A program made the translations under genes and the position numbers. Below are positions 1 to 14,500 of a DNA stretch of 64,000 bases, in pieces (position 1 is the first letter of the stretch; each line of letters begins with the position of its first letter). The stretch is from Oopsacas minuta (Eukaryota; Animalia; Porifera): assembly GCA_024704765.1 (NCBI GenBank), contig JAKMXF010000255.1, positions 186,001-250,000 of the forward strand, read 5' to 3'. The notes under the pieces were generated by a model, which was not told the DNA's origin, made no database searches, and saw only the letters and a list, made by a program, of their open reading frames with translations.

Positions 1-3000
1 ATCTGCAAACGTTCTTGTATATATTATCTGTGAAATAATCGTTCAGGTTTTTAATACGCTCAGCAAGAACAGAAGATTTATCACTGTTATTGATCGCATT
101 TAGGAATAAGTTGATAAACCAACCGAGAGAATATTGGTACATAGGATCAATGTTAGCGAAATCTGAAATACAGAAGAATAGAATAGCTGAGTGTACAGAT
201 ACGGGGGTGTAGCCATTCCTTGTATCATCTATCTCTTTCTCTGTGAGGTTAGCTATCTCTTGTTTAGCTGATATTTCTTCAGCAAGAACTTTTGAAGATG
301 ATAACACTTGTATAGCGGATTCATCTTCTAAGATATTTCCTTGAGAACTAGATAATACTTCTAATATTTTGTCTTCAATCTCTTTCAATTGTTTCTTATT
401 AGCAGCACCTTCTAGAATAAGTTCATTCTTCTTCTCTTCTAACTCGGGTTTTTCTTCTGCAGCTACAATACCCAGTAGCTGATCCTGTAGTCCAAGTGGA
501 GTAATCATAAAGTTAAGAAGAGCTACTTTAACAGCAACCTCTGGCAGGTAATGAGGATTCCTAAGCCTTGTCGTCATATATAATCTGAAATCGGCACTGT
601 ACTCAATCACACTGTCTCCAAACTTTATGTAATCAACTCCTCCCTGTTTGAATGTTTGTTTCTGTAAAACAGGCTCGAGGAGAGGGTCCAATTCCTCTCC
701 AATATTCTCAATCAGAACCGGAGTTCCGAACTGAATACTGTTCTCAAGTGTACGCGCATAATTAGGATCAGTTAACTTCACCACAGCTAACCGGTTCTCC
801 CTCTCCATATTCTTAATCCATTTATTAGCCTGACCTTGTGGATCAATGATTAGAGGCCATCTTCTAGAATTTTCTATAACAATAGCACTGTCAATTGAAA
901 ATGAGTCAGCAGGTAACCCAGCAATCTTCCAAGCTCTAATCTTAACCTGATTACCGAGAGTATTTGTAAGAGAAAAGTTGTCACTAGTCGGTATGTTTTT
1001 ACTCTTACAAGCTATGCTGCAGTCCTTAATGCATTCAGAACGGAAATCAACTGTGAAGGCTCCGAGATACGCAACCACCCCAGAAGCAAGTAACACATCT
1101 CCTGTACAGTTCACATACCTCTCACCAAGGATACGTGCTGCCTCACTCCAGCGAGTTTTCTCACCACCAAGACCTAAGAATATTAATTTGATAAATAAGC
1201 AACAGTAAAGTACAGTCAATTCCCCTTACATCGAAGCCCAAGGGACTGCGATAATTACTTCGATATGAGCGGAATTCAATATAACAGATTTAATGTATTA
1301 TACTTGTGACGGTTTGAGACCGTATTAGTAAAATTCCAGGTTTTTCTATATATCCGTGTTCGATATAACGGTATATAACTAATCTCACCAGCAATTAGTT
1401 TCTCAGCTCTCATAAGTTTTTCGGAACATATTTCAATATTATCTTCAAGTTCTCCTTTCTTCTTCTTAGAAGCATCAAACTCAGAATTAAGAGCAGCTAA
1501 CTTATCAAGAATCTCTTTCAGCTCTGCTCTCTTCTCGTTAAGCTTAACCATCTGAACAGATAGCTTAGCTTCTGCTATCTTCAAACTCGCTTTCTTTGGA
1601 GCTACAATCTTAGCTACCCTGTCATACGTTTCCATTGCTCGAACCCATTTACACAAACCTAGAAATACAAAACATATAAAAGCAAGGAATTTCGAGTAAA
1701 TACTCACAATACAAACCTTCAGCAGCTGTAGAAGCATTCTTAATAAGCTCTGGCACAAATTCAGGATTAGAAGTATACTTCTCACGAATCTTTTTGATAA
1801 GGGGAGGAGCAATGCTATCCTTATCATAAGTTTTGAGTGAATCTAGAAAATGGAAGTCTCCCAGAAGTTTTAGAGAAGGACCCCAGTAGTTCTCTATCAT
1901 CTTGCCTGTACCATCAGGCTTTCTTTCAGGTTTTATATTTTTTAGCACACAAACAGCCTCCATAGCTAGCTTTACTCCTATAGGAGGATTCTTCATTGAT
2001 TTAACAATAGTTATGTCATTAGGCTTGAGAGTATTGAGAGCTTCTATCGCGGCCTCTAAAGCTGGTATAGCCTCGGCAAGATCACCTTCACACTCATCTT
2101 TAATCGCCTGTGATTCTGCTGCTGCTTCGTTAGCTACTTTCTCATCAGCTGCTACAACCTATAAGCACATTAGTATAAATATCAGGGCTACAGTGAAACC
2201 TCCACAAACGGGGAATTTCTGGAAACGGAGTGAAAATATAGAGGGAATTCCTAGTATAAATACAAACTTGTTTCTTTGCTTCAGCTTCTACTGTATCCTT
2301 CTCAATCTTAATCATGAGCGCATCAGTATCAGCTGATGTCTTTATCAGTTCAGGTTGTAACTCTTTCAATTCTTTCTGCATTACTGAGACCTGTGAAGCT
2401 GCAAACTGTAATTTCTCCAATCCTACCTCATATCTTCTCTTCTGCTTCATGATGTCTTCTCTCTGTTTCTTGAGGAGCTTTTTGAAGGTGAGTATAAGCT
2501 CCAGATAAGAGGTTGGAGTAACGTAATTGTGACGTGACAAGATGGAGTAGAACTTTTCGGAAGATTCAATCACTCGTCTAAGCACAAATTAAATAACATA
2601 ATTAATATTTAAGAATTGGCAAGTATGTATAAACATCAATAACAACTCTAACCTATGAATATATTGACACATATACACACAAGAGGAGTGCATACTCTCA
2701 TCCATATCAACTTCCTCTAAGAACTTGTTAGCTACCATCTCCAGAGCGTCCTGTGGCCAGGCTTGAAACCAGTCAATAGTACAACAATTGATTAGAGCAG
2801 GGAACATACGTAGCCTCGTTCTAAAAGAATCTCCAATAGGACTCATGGTTACAATCACATGGAGATTAGCTCTAACTCTCTCAATGAAGAAGTTGTATAA
2901 GGCTAGTTGTGTGCCCTCTAATTTCTTTCCCATTGACCTAGCAATAATTTGCATCTTCTCCAATATTTCTAACTTCTCATCTGAAGGATACAAGTTTGGT

Positions 3001-6000
3001 ACATCTCCAGTGTTTAGTATCATATTGATATCCTCTACAAATGATTCATCTTTTATTTGAGAATCACTGAATAGGAAAACAGTTCGTTTTCCTTCAGCAC
3101 CTGCCATCAGTAATAATCTCTTTAAATCTTCTCTCCACTCTACTGTAGAATACGTTTTTGATATTTCTATTTGGAATATCTCGTAGTCTGCCATGAAGGT
3201 AGCCAGTTTAGAAGCGCTCTGTCTCCCAGACCCTCCTACTCCTACCATCAACACGTGACCATTGTCCTGATTCAGTACTCTACTCACACGACTGATGTGT
3301 TCTATCACATATCTACACAATTAGTTGCAATTATTTAGTTGAATATTTATCGTATTTCAATGTTTAGACGATACTTTCGCTCTAGCACTAATCTAGGCGC
3401 CGCTCTAGGTAAAGAGCCCCTGAGAGTAAAGGGTGTTTCCCTGTCCTATTAAATGGCGCCCTTGACAGAATTATTAGGTTTTGTTCTTATGTATTCATGG
3501 TTTGTTATGACGTATAAAGCCTAGGTTATTGAGCAGTGTCGTCAAGCCTAGTTCTGAATTTATTAAGGTATGCTATAGAAAATACCCGTTCTGCTTATAC
3601 AGAAGTTGGAGGAACACTTAATATACGATTACAATTTATCAATGACAGTATATTGACAAGAGTATAGTCAGTCCATTTTCCAAGAAGAGGTTTTACTGTA
3701 CGAGGGTCGTCCAAAAAGTTTTTAGAATGAATGCTGTAACTTCATTTCTTGCACACCAATACATCTTATATCTATAGTACACTATTTATAACTACTCTAG
3801 TTAAAATATCTAAGCTTTTTATCTTTTATTACTTTTTTGACAGCTACTTATATAGTCAGCACTTGGCTCTTATTTTAAATTCGTACCTAATTATTCCTCA
3901 TGGATTTACATTTGGAAAGGAGGGACTTTCGCGCAATGATTTTTTATGACTTTATGAGAAAACTCAGTCCTAAAGAATCACATATTCAACTTCAGGACAC
4001 ATTTGGAGAAAAATCACCATCTTTGGCTACAGTGTACAACTGGTACGGTGAATTTAACCGTGGACGAAAGACTCTAAGTGATGAGATGCGATCAAGACGT
4101 CCTGCAGATGCGGTTAACCCAGAAAATATCCAGAAAGTTAAGAAAATAATCAAAAATGAGCGTCGAATCATAATTGACGAAATAATGAGTTATTTAGACA
4201 TCAGCAGAGGAAGCCTCCATGCCATACTTCATGAACATCTCTTGGTGAGGAAAGTGGCTGCACGTTGGATTCCACATAAACTTTCTGAAGAACAAATGAC
4301 AACTCGAGTGGATTGGTGCAAATTTATGATCAGAAAATTCGATCATGGTCGTTCAAAGCTATTGAATACATTAATTACGGGAGATGAGACTTGGATTTAC
4401 CAATATGACCCAGAGACGAAGCAACAATCTTCAGTTTGGCTTTTTCCAGATGATGATCCCCCTCAAAAATTGAGACGTGCACGAAGTGGCAACAAGCAAA
4501 TGGTCGCCAGTTTCATCTCTAAAAAGGGACATGTTGCTACTATTCCCCTTATAGAGCAAAAGACTGTAACTGCGAGTTGGTATGTCAACATTTGCATGCC
4601 TCAGGTGATAGAAAAGTGGAGCATTTTACATCCTAAAGCCTACCTCACCTCACTTCAATGGCACCATGACAATGCAAGTGCACACAAGGCAGCTTTAACA
4701 ATGGATTTCTTTGCAGAAAATGGTATAAAATTGATACCCCATCCAGCATATTCCCCAGATTTGGCGCCATGCGACTTCTTTCTTTTCCCTAAACTAAAAA
4801 AGAAGATCAAAGGGGTTCATTTCGATAGTGCAGAAGAGGCAAGACTGGCTTATAATGGGGCCCTCCAAGACCTAACCAAAGAAGACTGGGAAAATTGTTT
4901 TGAAAGTTGGTTTAGAAGGATGGATTTATGCATACAGTCATCTGGTATTTACTTCGAGAAACTATAAAAAAATAATCCATTTCCTATTATTCCTTCATAT
5001 AGATTCTAAAAACTTTTTGGACTACCCTCGTATATTGAATCCTGCAAGAATTTGTATCAGAATCCTCGGGATGTGAATCAATAAAATGAATGGGATAGTA
5101 AATAATTGTTTACAAGATAGGAGTACAAATAAATAGATGCCCTAGTATTTATCATATTTAATTTGCCGATATAAGTTACGAACTATACTCAACGAAACAT
5201 GGAATCTACAGATCTTACAAGTTGCGTACATCTACCTTCACAGAAGAATAAAAATAAGACAGATAAACTACTCTATATCTTCATTATCGCGGCATACACC
5301 ACTATAACTCTCAGCACCATAGGATTAACACAAGGATTCCCGGTTATATCAAGCATAGCAAAGAGCAAAGGTCTCCTCGATATAGAGATAGGATTAATAT
5401 ACTGTCTGCAAGCTATTCTATGCGCTTTCCTATTTCCAATAAGCAGTGTAATCCTTACTAAAGTCAACAAGAAACTAGCTTTATGTGTCTGTTCGTTGCT
5501 AGTTTATTGCTCATTTATTTTATACGGATTTATTATCAGTATGTCGAGAACTCCTTTCCTAATATTCTCCTTGATATTCTCCTGTGTAGAAGCTTATTGT
5601 GAAACAATGATATTTCTCTCTGCTAACCTAATATTGTGGGAAACATTTCCAGATAGACAATCCACAATGTTCGCTATGCAAGAGGTCACAATATCAATAG
5701 GCTATGTATCAGGACCTTCAATCTGTGCTATCCTATATCCGTTGATAGGATTCTCACACATGTATTTACTGATTGGTATTTTGGGTCTTATCGTATCACT
5801 TGTAATTACTGCTACATTAGTATTATCAAAAACAGAAAATAAGACTATGGTCAGAGAGCAAGCAGATCCATTATTAATATTACGAATAATATTAACTCCA
5901 TCTCTAAGCTTACATTTGGTTGTCACATTCACTACTGCGTTTTTCTTCAACTATTTCTATCCAGTAATAGGACCCTATCTAATATCACGATACGATGTAA

Positions 6001-9000
6001 CCGTTAGTACAGTAGGATGGGTAATAATGAGTGGAGAACTAGTATACATGGTCTGCTCAATAATATTGGGATATATGTACGATAATTATATACATTCTCT
6101 GCATATAGTGGTAGCAGCATTAGGATTATTCACACAAGCTATTGGTATCTTCTTGTATCCACCATCGTCACTGATTTCAAATAAAGGAGGTAATTATCTA
6201 ACATTTTCCATATTTGGTAGTATTTTTAATGGATTAGGCATAGCCCTTTGTTTCATACCAATTCTAACAAGTTTGTTGATGAAAGCAGAGGAAAGATTTC
6301 CAGGTGTTTCTAACGTTGAGCCTTCAGTAGCTGGTTTATTCACCGGGGCTTATTATCTGGGAGAGGGGGCAGGTCAGTTTATCAGTGAGGTTATAGCAGA
6401 TTTCTATTCGCTTGACGTCATATCAACTTATCTAGCTGGATTCGTTCTTATTTTTTCTGTTGTGCTATTATTGATAGGAGTTATCAAGTTCAGAGAACTA
6501 AAGATGCTGAAACATCCATTTAAAAGAGGAATAATTAATTAGGAAATATAATTGTAGATGCTTGTTGTTGTTGTTGTTGTTGAGTTTATATGCTATATTA
6601 CTTATATGTGTTTCGTATGTATGTTGATTACAATGATATAATAATGATAATTAATGCACTGCAACATATTTATTATGTTTTATTTCGTATTTAGTAAAGA
6701 ACTAGAAGAGAACATTTTATTATGGCATGGCCATACACGTGTGCACACGTGTACACCAAGCACGTCCATAAACTGCAATATTTACAGTTAACATCCGGTC
6801 ACTCGAACCCTCAGGGGAAATGAAAATATGTTCGAGTTACCGAATGTTGGTTGTATTATCCAAATAATTTCCACTCTTACCGGAACAAGACTAGAGACAT
6901 TGGAGCTTTACTCATCTGATTGTAATCTTCCAAATATCCCTCCATAACTTCTGACAGTTTAGCTAAATCTTCTATCTCATCATAATGCTTAATCTGTGTA
7001 TCTGGATTCAGGAAGTTCCCGAAAAATAGTTTTCTAATATCTTCATCACCAAGCACACCACCTATAAATTACTCAATAAAATACATTGAGTATTCGTGAA
7101 TGTAATACGTACCTGGTGTTACTAATCGTTTGAGAATTTTATCAATTGGAGTCTTGAATGTTTCCATAGTAACATCTTTAACAATACCAAAGAATATTTC
7201 TCTATCCTTACTATCAACTAGTCTGTCATAGAATACTCTATATACTTCGTGTATCCAAAGACGTGTCAGCTTGTCCCCATCTGCTCCCATTAAGTTCTTA
7301 GGCACGAGCATAGTACCGAAAATAACACGTGAGAAATCTCTCAAGTTGAATACGTAGTGAGATTTTGTGGGAGTTGGTAGGAAACTGTCAACAGAAGCTT
7401 TGTATAAATTTAACGTAGCTTGTATCATAACCTAGGAAAATTGAAGGAAATAAACTGTTACGATCAAGTTGCAGTTAACTCTCGTTATATCGAACACAGA
7501 CATATCTAAATACTCACTAAAATCGCAGTCTTAAATTGTACAAATATGGTCCCAAACCGTCAAAGTAACATAAACTACACCAGCTATATCGAAGTAATTA
7601 TTGCGGTCCCTTGAGCTTCGATATAATGGGGTTGTCTGTAGTCAGAAATTACCTTAGATAGTCTTAGAAATACAGATTCATATCCTTTGTTAAAATGCCA
7701 GTCAGTGATGGTAGAGAAAATCTTCAAAAGAGCTGCATCATCAAACGTTTCAATCCCGATAACATTAAAATGTCTTGTCAGCCTACCAGTTATATGATTC
7801 CTACTACCCCCTGGTGGTCCCATAGCAGACACCAACATAACATCCTCATGTATGTGTAACTTAGAAGTATCCTTCAGGTCATACCAGTGCTTATTATCCA
7901 ACCATTGTCTTAACAGCTCGAGTGGTGGTTGCGCACCATAAAACTCTTTTTGTGGCATATTTAAATCATCAACAAATACAACACAGAACTTCTCAACTGG
8001 AGGACCGTATACACCCTTCCTCCTTCTGTCTAGTTTTGACATTATAATATCCTGTGTTTGATTAGCAGAGGTTCTAGCAGAGAAGTTAACTACGTTAGGT
8101 ATGTAGGTTTTAGGCAGTTTCATAAGGAACTGGTTAGATATTGCAGATTTTCCTGTTCCTAAAATGAATATAAAATCATATACTATTTTTATTAAGGAAT
8201 TTGATGCAACAAACAATATTTTATACAAACCTGTAGGGCCTACGAAAAGCAATGGTACTTTATGTGTGGTGAATGTGCTAAGAAAGAACTTCTGCATTGC
8301 CGTCTGCACAGTTTCCACTATTATTTCGTTAGGTTTCATCTGAGGAGGGAATACAGCTGCATCCCTGTTAATAAGGTCCTCCCAGGCTGACCACTGTCCT
8401 GTTGAAATACTCCTCAAATCGTAGAAGAAATCAAATATCAATCCTCTCTCAGGAAACATGTTACTCTTTGTTATCTTAATTCTTTTAGGTCTAGGAAATT
8501 CTTGATTTGTTCCAGATACCAGAGTACGGAAGAAGGGATCAAATTTCTTCTGAGAATCTCCATTGAGGCTACCGGCTAGACTCCAGACTAATGAGAATAA
8601 GAACAGGTTCTGAATGAGAACTGCTGATAGATCGTGCGGGCTCCTCTCTTCTATATTCCTCCAGGTTTCCAAGAGACAGTGGAAAAGATGTATGAGTGAG
8701 TTTACAAGATGCAGAATAGAAGTTGAAACAAACTGTTTACATTTATGTGAAATGAAATGATAACAAGGGTCAATTAGCCATTCAAACAAGTCTTTAATTA
8801 ATTTTTTGTATTGGTCTTCTCCATTTTCAACATCTAACCAGAGTATTGTATCATGATTGAGGTAAGATTCTACCAGGGGACGCCAGCCTAGACGCAAGGG
8901 TTCTAGAAATATCATTCCACAGCGAGAAACGGTTGCTGGGGAAGCTACCTCCAAATCTTCAGGCTCAAATATCAAATTCATTGTCTGGCTCATTTGAATA

Positions 9001-11457
9001 ATCTCACCTGAAAATATTACAGAATATAAACGTAAAATATGCTGACAGACAAATCGTAAATATGATTAATCATATGATATGTCAAAATTACTCACCACTC
9101 ATCAAACACAATTTCTTGTTATCATCCAATACAGTATTCATGTTTTCTATCCACAGAGCATCAACAGGCCCATCAAATACAAGCCATTTTCTACGCTCCT
9201 CCTGACTAGAAGCCATTGCTCTGAATGTATTAGCTAACACTCCGTCTGACCATTCGTGAGATACTGGATCGAACTTACCATATAATTGTCCCATGTTGAT
9301 GGATTTAGGATTTATAATAGCAAAATCAACTTTATACTCTTCCATCATTCCACTCTCATTCAACTCACTTAAAGTATCAGCAAGCACTTTATAAGCAGAG
9401 GATTTCCCCCCCATTGCTTCTCCCACTATCATAAATCCGTGACGTACTAACATCATCTCGTATATCTGATCTACCTTGTCCATGAAGAACTGTACTGGTT
9501 GTAGGTTCCGCCTTGCTATAGCATCAAGCAAGAAGCTATGTAGAGTCTACAGAAGAGGCGTATGATAATCCACATAGACAAACATGAAAATAGAGAATAA
9601 TTACGTCATAATCTGGTGGTGGTAGAGAGACACCAGGAAATAGATCACTGACTATTCCCTCGAAAAGAGGAACATCTTGTGACAGGAACTTAGGAAGATT
9701 AACATCGATAATAGCTCTCAGCATAAGCTCAGACTCGTCATCGTTTGGATATTTTAATTTCAGATTTCCAGCAGCTGTTAGTACAGATTTTACTGCTCTC
9801 ATACCTGAGAAATATAGCAACATGATTACACCAATGGTATGTTATTTGTTACTGTATTAATTACCATAGTCATAATGATGTTGAGATGAAAGTTGCTCTG
9901 AACACAGTTTGTATGTAGCTACAATCTTGTGTGCTAGAGATCTAGCTAATACAAACCCCATAGAGTATAGCATAATCTCTCCAATCATAGCATAGTCAGG
10001 TACCATCATAGCAACTGTTCTGAACAGAACCTACCATGATAAATATATAAGCTAGAAGCATACTTACCAATCCCGGGAGGGTTGGCAAGGATACTTAATT
10101 TATTCTGACACATGAATATTACCTTGAGATTATCAGGTAACTCCTGTCTACCAGCATACCCTGGATTCATAGTAATAAACACAGTACAAGAACAGTCTAG
10201 AGTAATGTCTGTTCCCTCAAATGTGAACACGGATAATTTCTGCTGTACAGCTTGTTGAATAGTTAATATCTGCTGAGCTATAACAGATAGTACTTCTAAG
10301 TCGATACGATTGAATTCATCAAAACATGACCATGCACCAGCTTGTGCTAGACCCTTAAAGAACTTCCCCATCGCTTTGTAATCGAGGCCATCTGAGCAAT
10401 TAAACACTACACACTGCTTGGCTACAGCCTTGGCAAGATCTTTACATGTTTCAGTCTTACCAGTACCAGCAGGCCCCTCTGGAGCTCCTCCCAAGTTTAA
10501 TTTGAGAGCTCCCATTAGAGTTCTGTAGCATCTGTCAGTTAGCGGGGTAATTACAAGTCTGCCAGAGTTTCCTGTGAATATTTGAGATAAATATTCTATA
10601 TAAATATATTGAAAATATGTATAACAAACCTAGATACTCGTAACCATACATTACTTCAGTAGTTATCATACGAACATAGACAGTTTCATCAGAATAGTAA
10701 TAGCGTAATTGACTAATCCATTGGAAGTCGTTAGAACTGGTTATCTTGCTATTAACCAGCTGTTGTACTGTGTCACGCGCATGTACATCAATCACAGTCA
10801 GAGCTCCGAGCGTTATGCGTGTCATAGCTGGAAGCTTTCCTCGTACCTGTCATAAAAATATCTATTATGGCATCGAACTTTTGAGTTACAGTGTACTACA
10901 AATGTATAGAGATTTCTCTAATACTTACTGGAGCAATCATAATTAGATACGATAATATGTAATTACCATGTTAAGATGATTTGTGGCATTCATGTAGGAG
11001 GCTGGACACATTCTTACTAATTCATTCCACTGATAATAGCAAAATGATATCTTTATAAATTTTGTAATTAGTATGATCTAAGCACATACATATATACGTA
11101 TCATGTCTACAAATTATCTTACAAACCTGATATAATACATATTACCAATAATACGCCCACCAACACGACAAATTTGGTAATATTATTCAAAATACCATTG
11201 GGATGAGTTTATTAATAATTTCCCATATCAAACTTAACTCCACAGGACTTTAGGTTGCACACATTCTAAGAATTAAATGAGATGGCAAGACACAGAGAGA
11301 TTCATAACCTAGACGATGATGATATGTATGATTATGATGAGGATTATTATTATTATGATGAAGATTCTTATGTAGCTCCTAAACTTAATACCAATAGTAT
11401 TAGTAGTGGAGCTGGTGGTGGAGGTAAGAAGAGGAGAAAGAAGAAATCAGGTGGAGC

Positions 11458-11509
<52 letters not shown>

Positions 11510-14500
11510 AAGGAAAAACAAGTGGAACCGAATCAGAAAGAGGCAGCGAAAAAACCTGATACAAGGTAATAGAAACATAGATTAGATAATAAAGAAAATT
11601 TAAAACAAGTAATACTCTGATATTCGTTTTAGTGGTGGAATTGGACAACAAAGAAAACCAATAGTTGCTGAGGACATAGCAACACCATCCACAGGTACAT
11701 AAAGTAAATAAACAGATTACACTAGTACGTAATGTCAACTAGGAAATATGTATTTAATTAGATTCAGTTGAGGGAAAATTAAACGTAATGACTATTAATT
11801 CGGAGAAAGAAAATAAGACTGTAGAAGTGAAGGAAAAGGTTGGGAAAAAGACACTCGCACTTTTAGAAGAATTTGCAAAACAACAATCTGAAAAACCAGA
11901 GTTGAATCTGGTTGTGATTGGACACGTGGACTCCGGTAAGAGTACCCTGATGGGACACCTCCTGTATATGCTAGGATGTGTTAACAAGAAATTAATGAGG
12001 AAATACGAACACGAGTCTAAATCTATCGGTAAAGGTACTTTTGCATATGCATGGGTGAGCACAAACTTGAATACAATTATATACACGTATATTCAATTAA
12101 CTGAATGCTACCTAGGTTCTAGATGAGCAAGGAGAAGAGAGGGAGAGAGGAATTACAATAGATATAGCGATGAAGAGTTTTTTTACTGACAACAGAAAGA
12201 TAACTCTACTGGACGCTCCTGGACACAAAGATTTCATACATAACATGATATCAGGGGCAGCTCAAGCAGATGTAGCTATTCTGGTGAGATTTATTAAATT
12301 TACTATACAGCATATTATTACGTACAATTAACACATATATTAGTCGACTGAATATGTATCGACACGATTAGTTTTCTATTGGGATATTAGAGTTTTCTCT
12401 TCTAATCCAGTTTGTAGTGAATCTAACATATTTTTCATTTTCTCTAAAACATCTTCACAGTCCGATTCAAAGCCACGGATTTTCTCTAGGAAGAAAGGAT
12501 CGAATTTAGTGACTAAATCAATATTTAGTTTATAGCAGTCTACTTGTGCAGTCATGATACGTTCCTCAATATTCTTCAGATCTTTAGATAGTTCATCTAG
12601 TTTATTCAGCTCCTCGTTGTAGTGGAGAGGTTGAGGATCTTTAGTTTTAATTATTGGTTGTAGAGTGAGTGCGTCTGATAGTGGGTGGGGCCTTGTTCCC
12701 TCTAGACTTGTACTCACTGGCTTACGGAATGAATTAGTAGCCATGAGTTAGGAAAAATAGTTACAAAATTATAAATTCCATATTTAACCAAAGAAAGCAC
12801 ACTCTGAGCAAATGTAATTCTTTGTGTAGGTTATTGATTCAGTGAAAGGAGCATTCGAAGCAGGATTTGATCACGGAGGACAGACACGAGAACATGCTCT
12901 ACTGGTAAAATCCCTCGGGATATCACAGCTAATCGTAGCTGTTAACAAGATGGATCAGTGTGGATGGCAATTAGAAAGGTTTAGAGGAATACTCGATAAC
13001 CTGAAGTCTTTCCTAAATCAAATTGGATTTAAGGTTTAGAATAATATCGTTAATGATACGGTGAAACTTCCACAAAAGGGGTAGCATTTTCGGCTTCCCT
13101 GGCCTCGTTACACCTATTATTTAATGTCATTAATACAATTACACCATATTTGATATTAGATATTATGATAGGATGAGGATCTGTATTTTATTCCCATCAG
13201 TGGATTAGAGGGAACTAATCTGATGGAGAGAGTACCAGACGTTAAGTGGTATGAAGGACCCTGTCTTATCAAATGTATTGATACAATACAACCTCCATCT
13301 AGAGCAATTGAGAAACCACTCAGGTTAAACTAACTATACAGTTTTGCAAGGTACGTATAGGATAATCAATTTTAAAGTGGTTACGAATTAGATTTTGTGT
13401 ATCTGGAGTAAATCAAGTAGGAGGGAGTATCCACGTAGCTGGTAAGATAGAAACAGGATATTTCCAGACAGGAGATAAGTTACTAGCTATGCCAGCAGGT
13501 CAGACAGCAGTGGTTAGAAGTATTTTAACACACGATGAGAGTATTAACAGCGCAATGGCAGGAGCTAATGTACAGATTGTGGTAGCGAAGATAGATCCTA
13601 CAGATTTAAGGTATAAATAATTCGATCTGATAATTATGTGTGTTAATACTTCTAATATTCTCAGTGTAGGGAGTGTGCTATGTCCAATACAACACCCAGT
13701 ACCAGTAGCTATAATAATCGTAGCTAAAATTGCTGTTATGAATACAGATAGGGCAATCACACGTGGATACACAGTAGAGCTATATTATCAGTCTGTTTGT
13801 GAGCCTGCTACTGTTTGTAACCTTATTTCTCAAGTACACAAGTCATCAGGAGAAGTAAGTATTAATTCTCAATCATAAGTACACATTTTGATATAAGCAC
13901 TATCCTCTAAAAACGGTTCTCATATATTCCTGTATATCTTAAGCTGATTATAAGAACATTTCTTATAGCCGGCATCCGCCGTATTTAAAATTTAATTGTC
14001 TAATAGGTAATAAAACAGAGGCCAAAAGCACTGCCAAAGAACAGTTCAGGAGTAGTAGAGATAGAACCATTGCGTCCTATTTGCGTGGAAACATACGAAG
14101 AGTGTAAGGAATTAGGAAGATTAGCTCTACGAAGCAATGGAAAGACAGTAGCAATTGGTATCATACTAGATATCACTTTAAAAGCTAGTAAAGATGTGTA
14201 GAATTTCATATTGAATAAGTTTGTATAGGAAAATATTAGTATAAATTATAATATCATATTTTCATGTACTAACCTTGGTAACGATATCTTCAATCTGCAA
14301 TGAGCAAACCTTTAAGTATTCCTGCAACCCATTTGGTTGATTGAAAGCCTCAGTAACCTCATCTGTCCAGTAGATAGAGCTAGCAGCGATCACTACCTAT
14401 GATATTATTTTCAGAATTAATTGGTAGTAATTGAATACTGTACAGCTGGAAATAAGTAGAGATATGATGAATACACGATAATTAAATAATTTCTATTCAC

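Noticed and set aside
10087-10094. U12-type donor-like GTATCCTT on the minus strand in a dynein intron
   Set aside because: It lies inside a normal GT-AG intron (10031-10122) whose ends already restore the frame, and sits in a small insertion flanked by repeated TAAGTAT that looks like a TE remnant.
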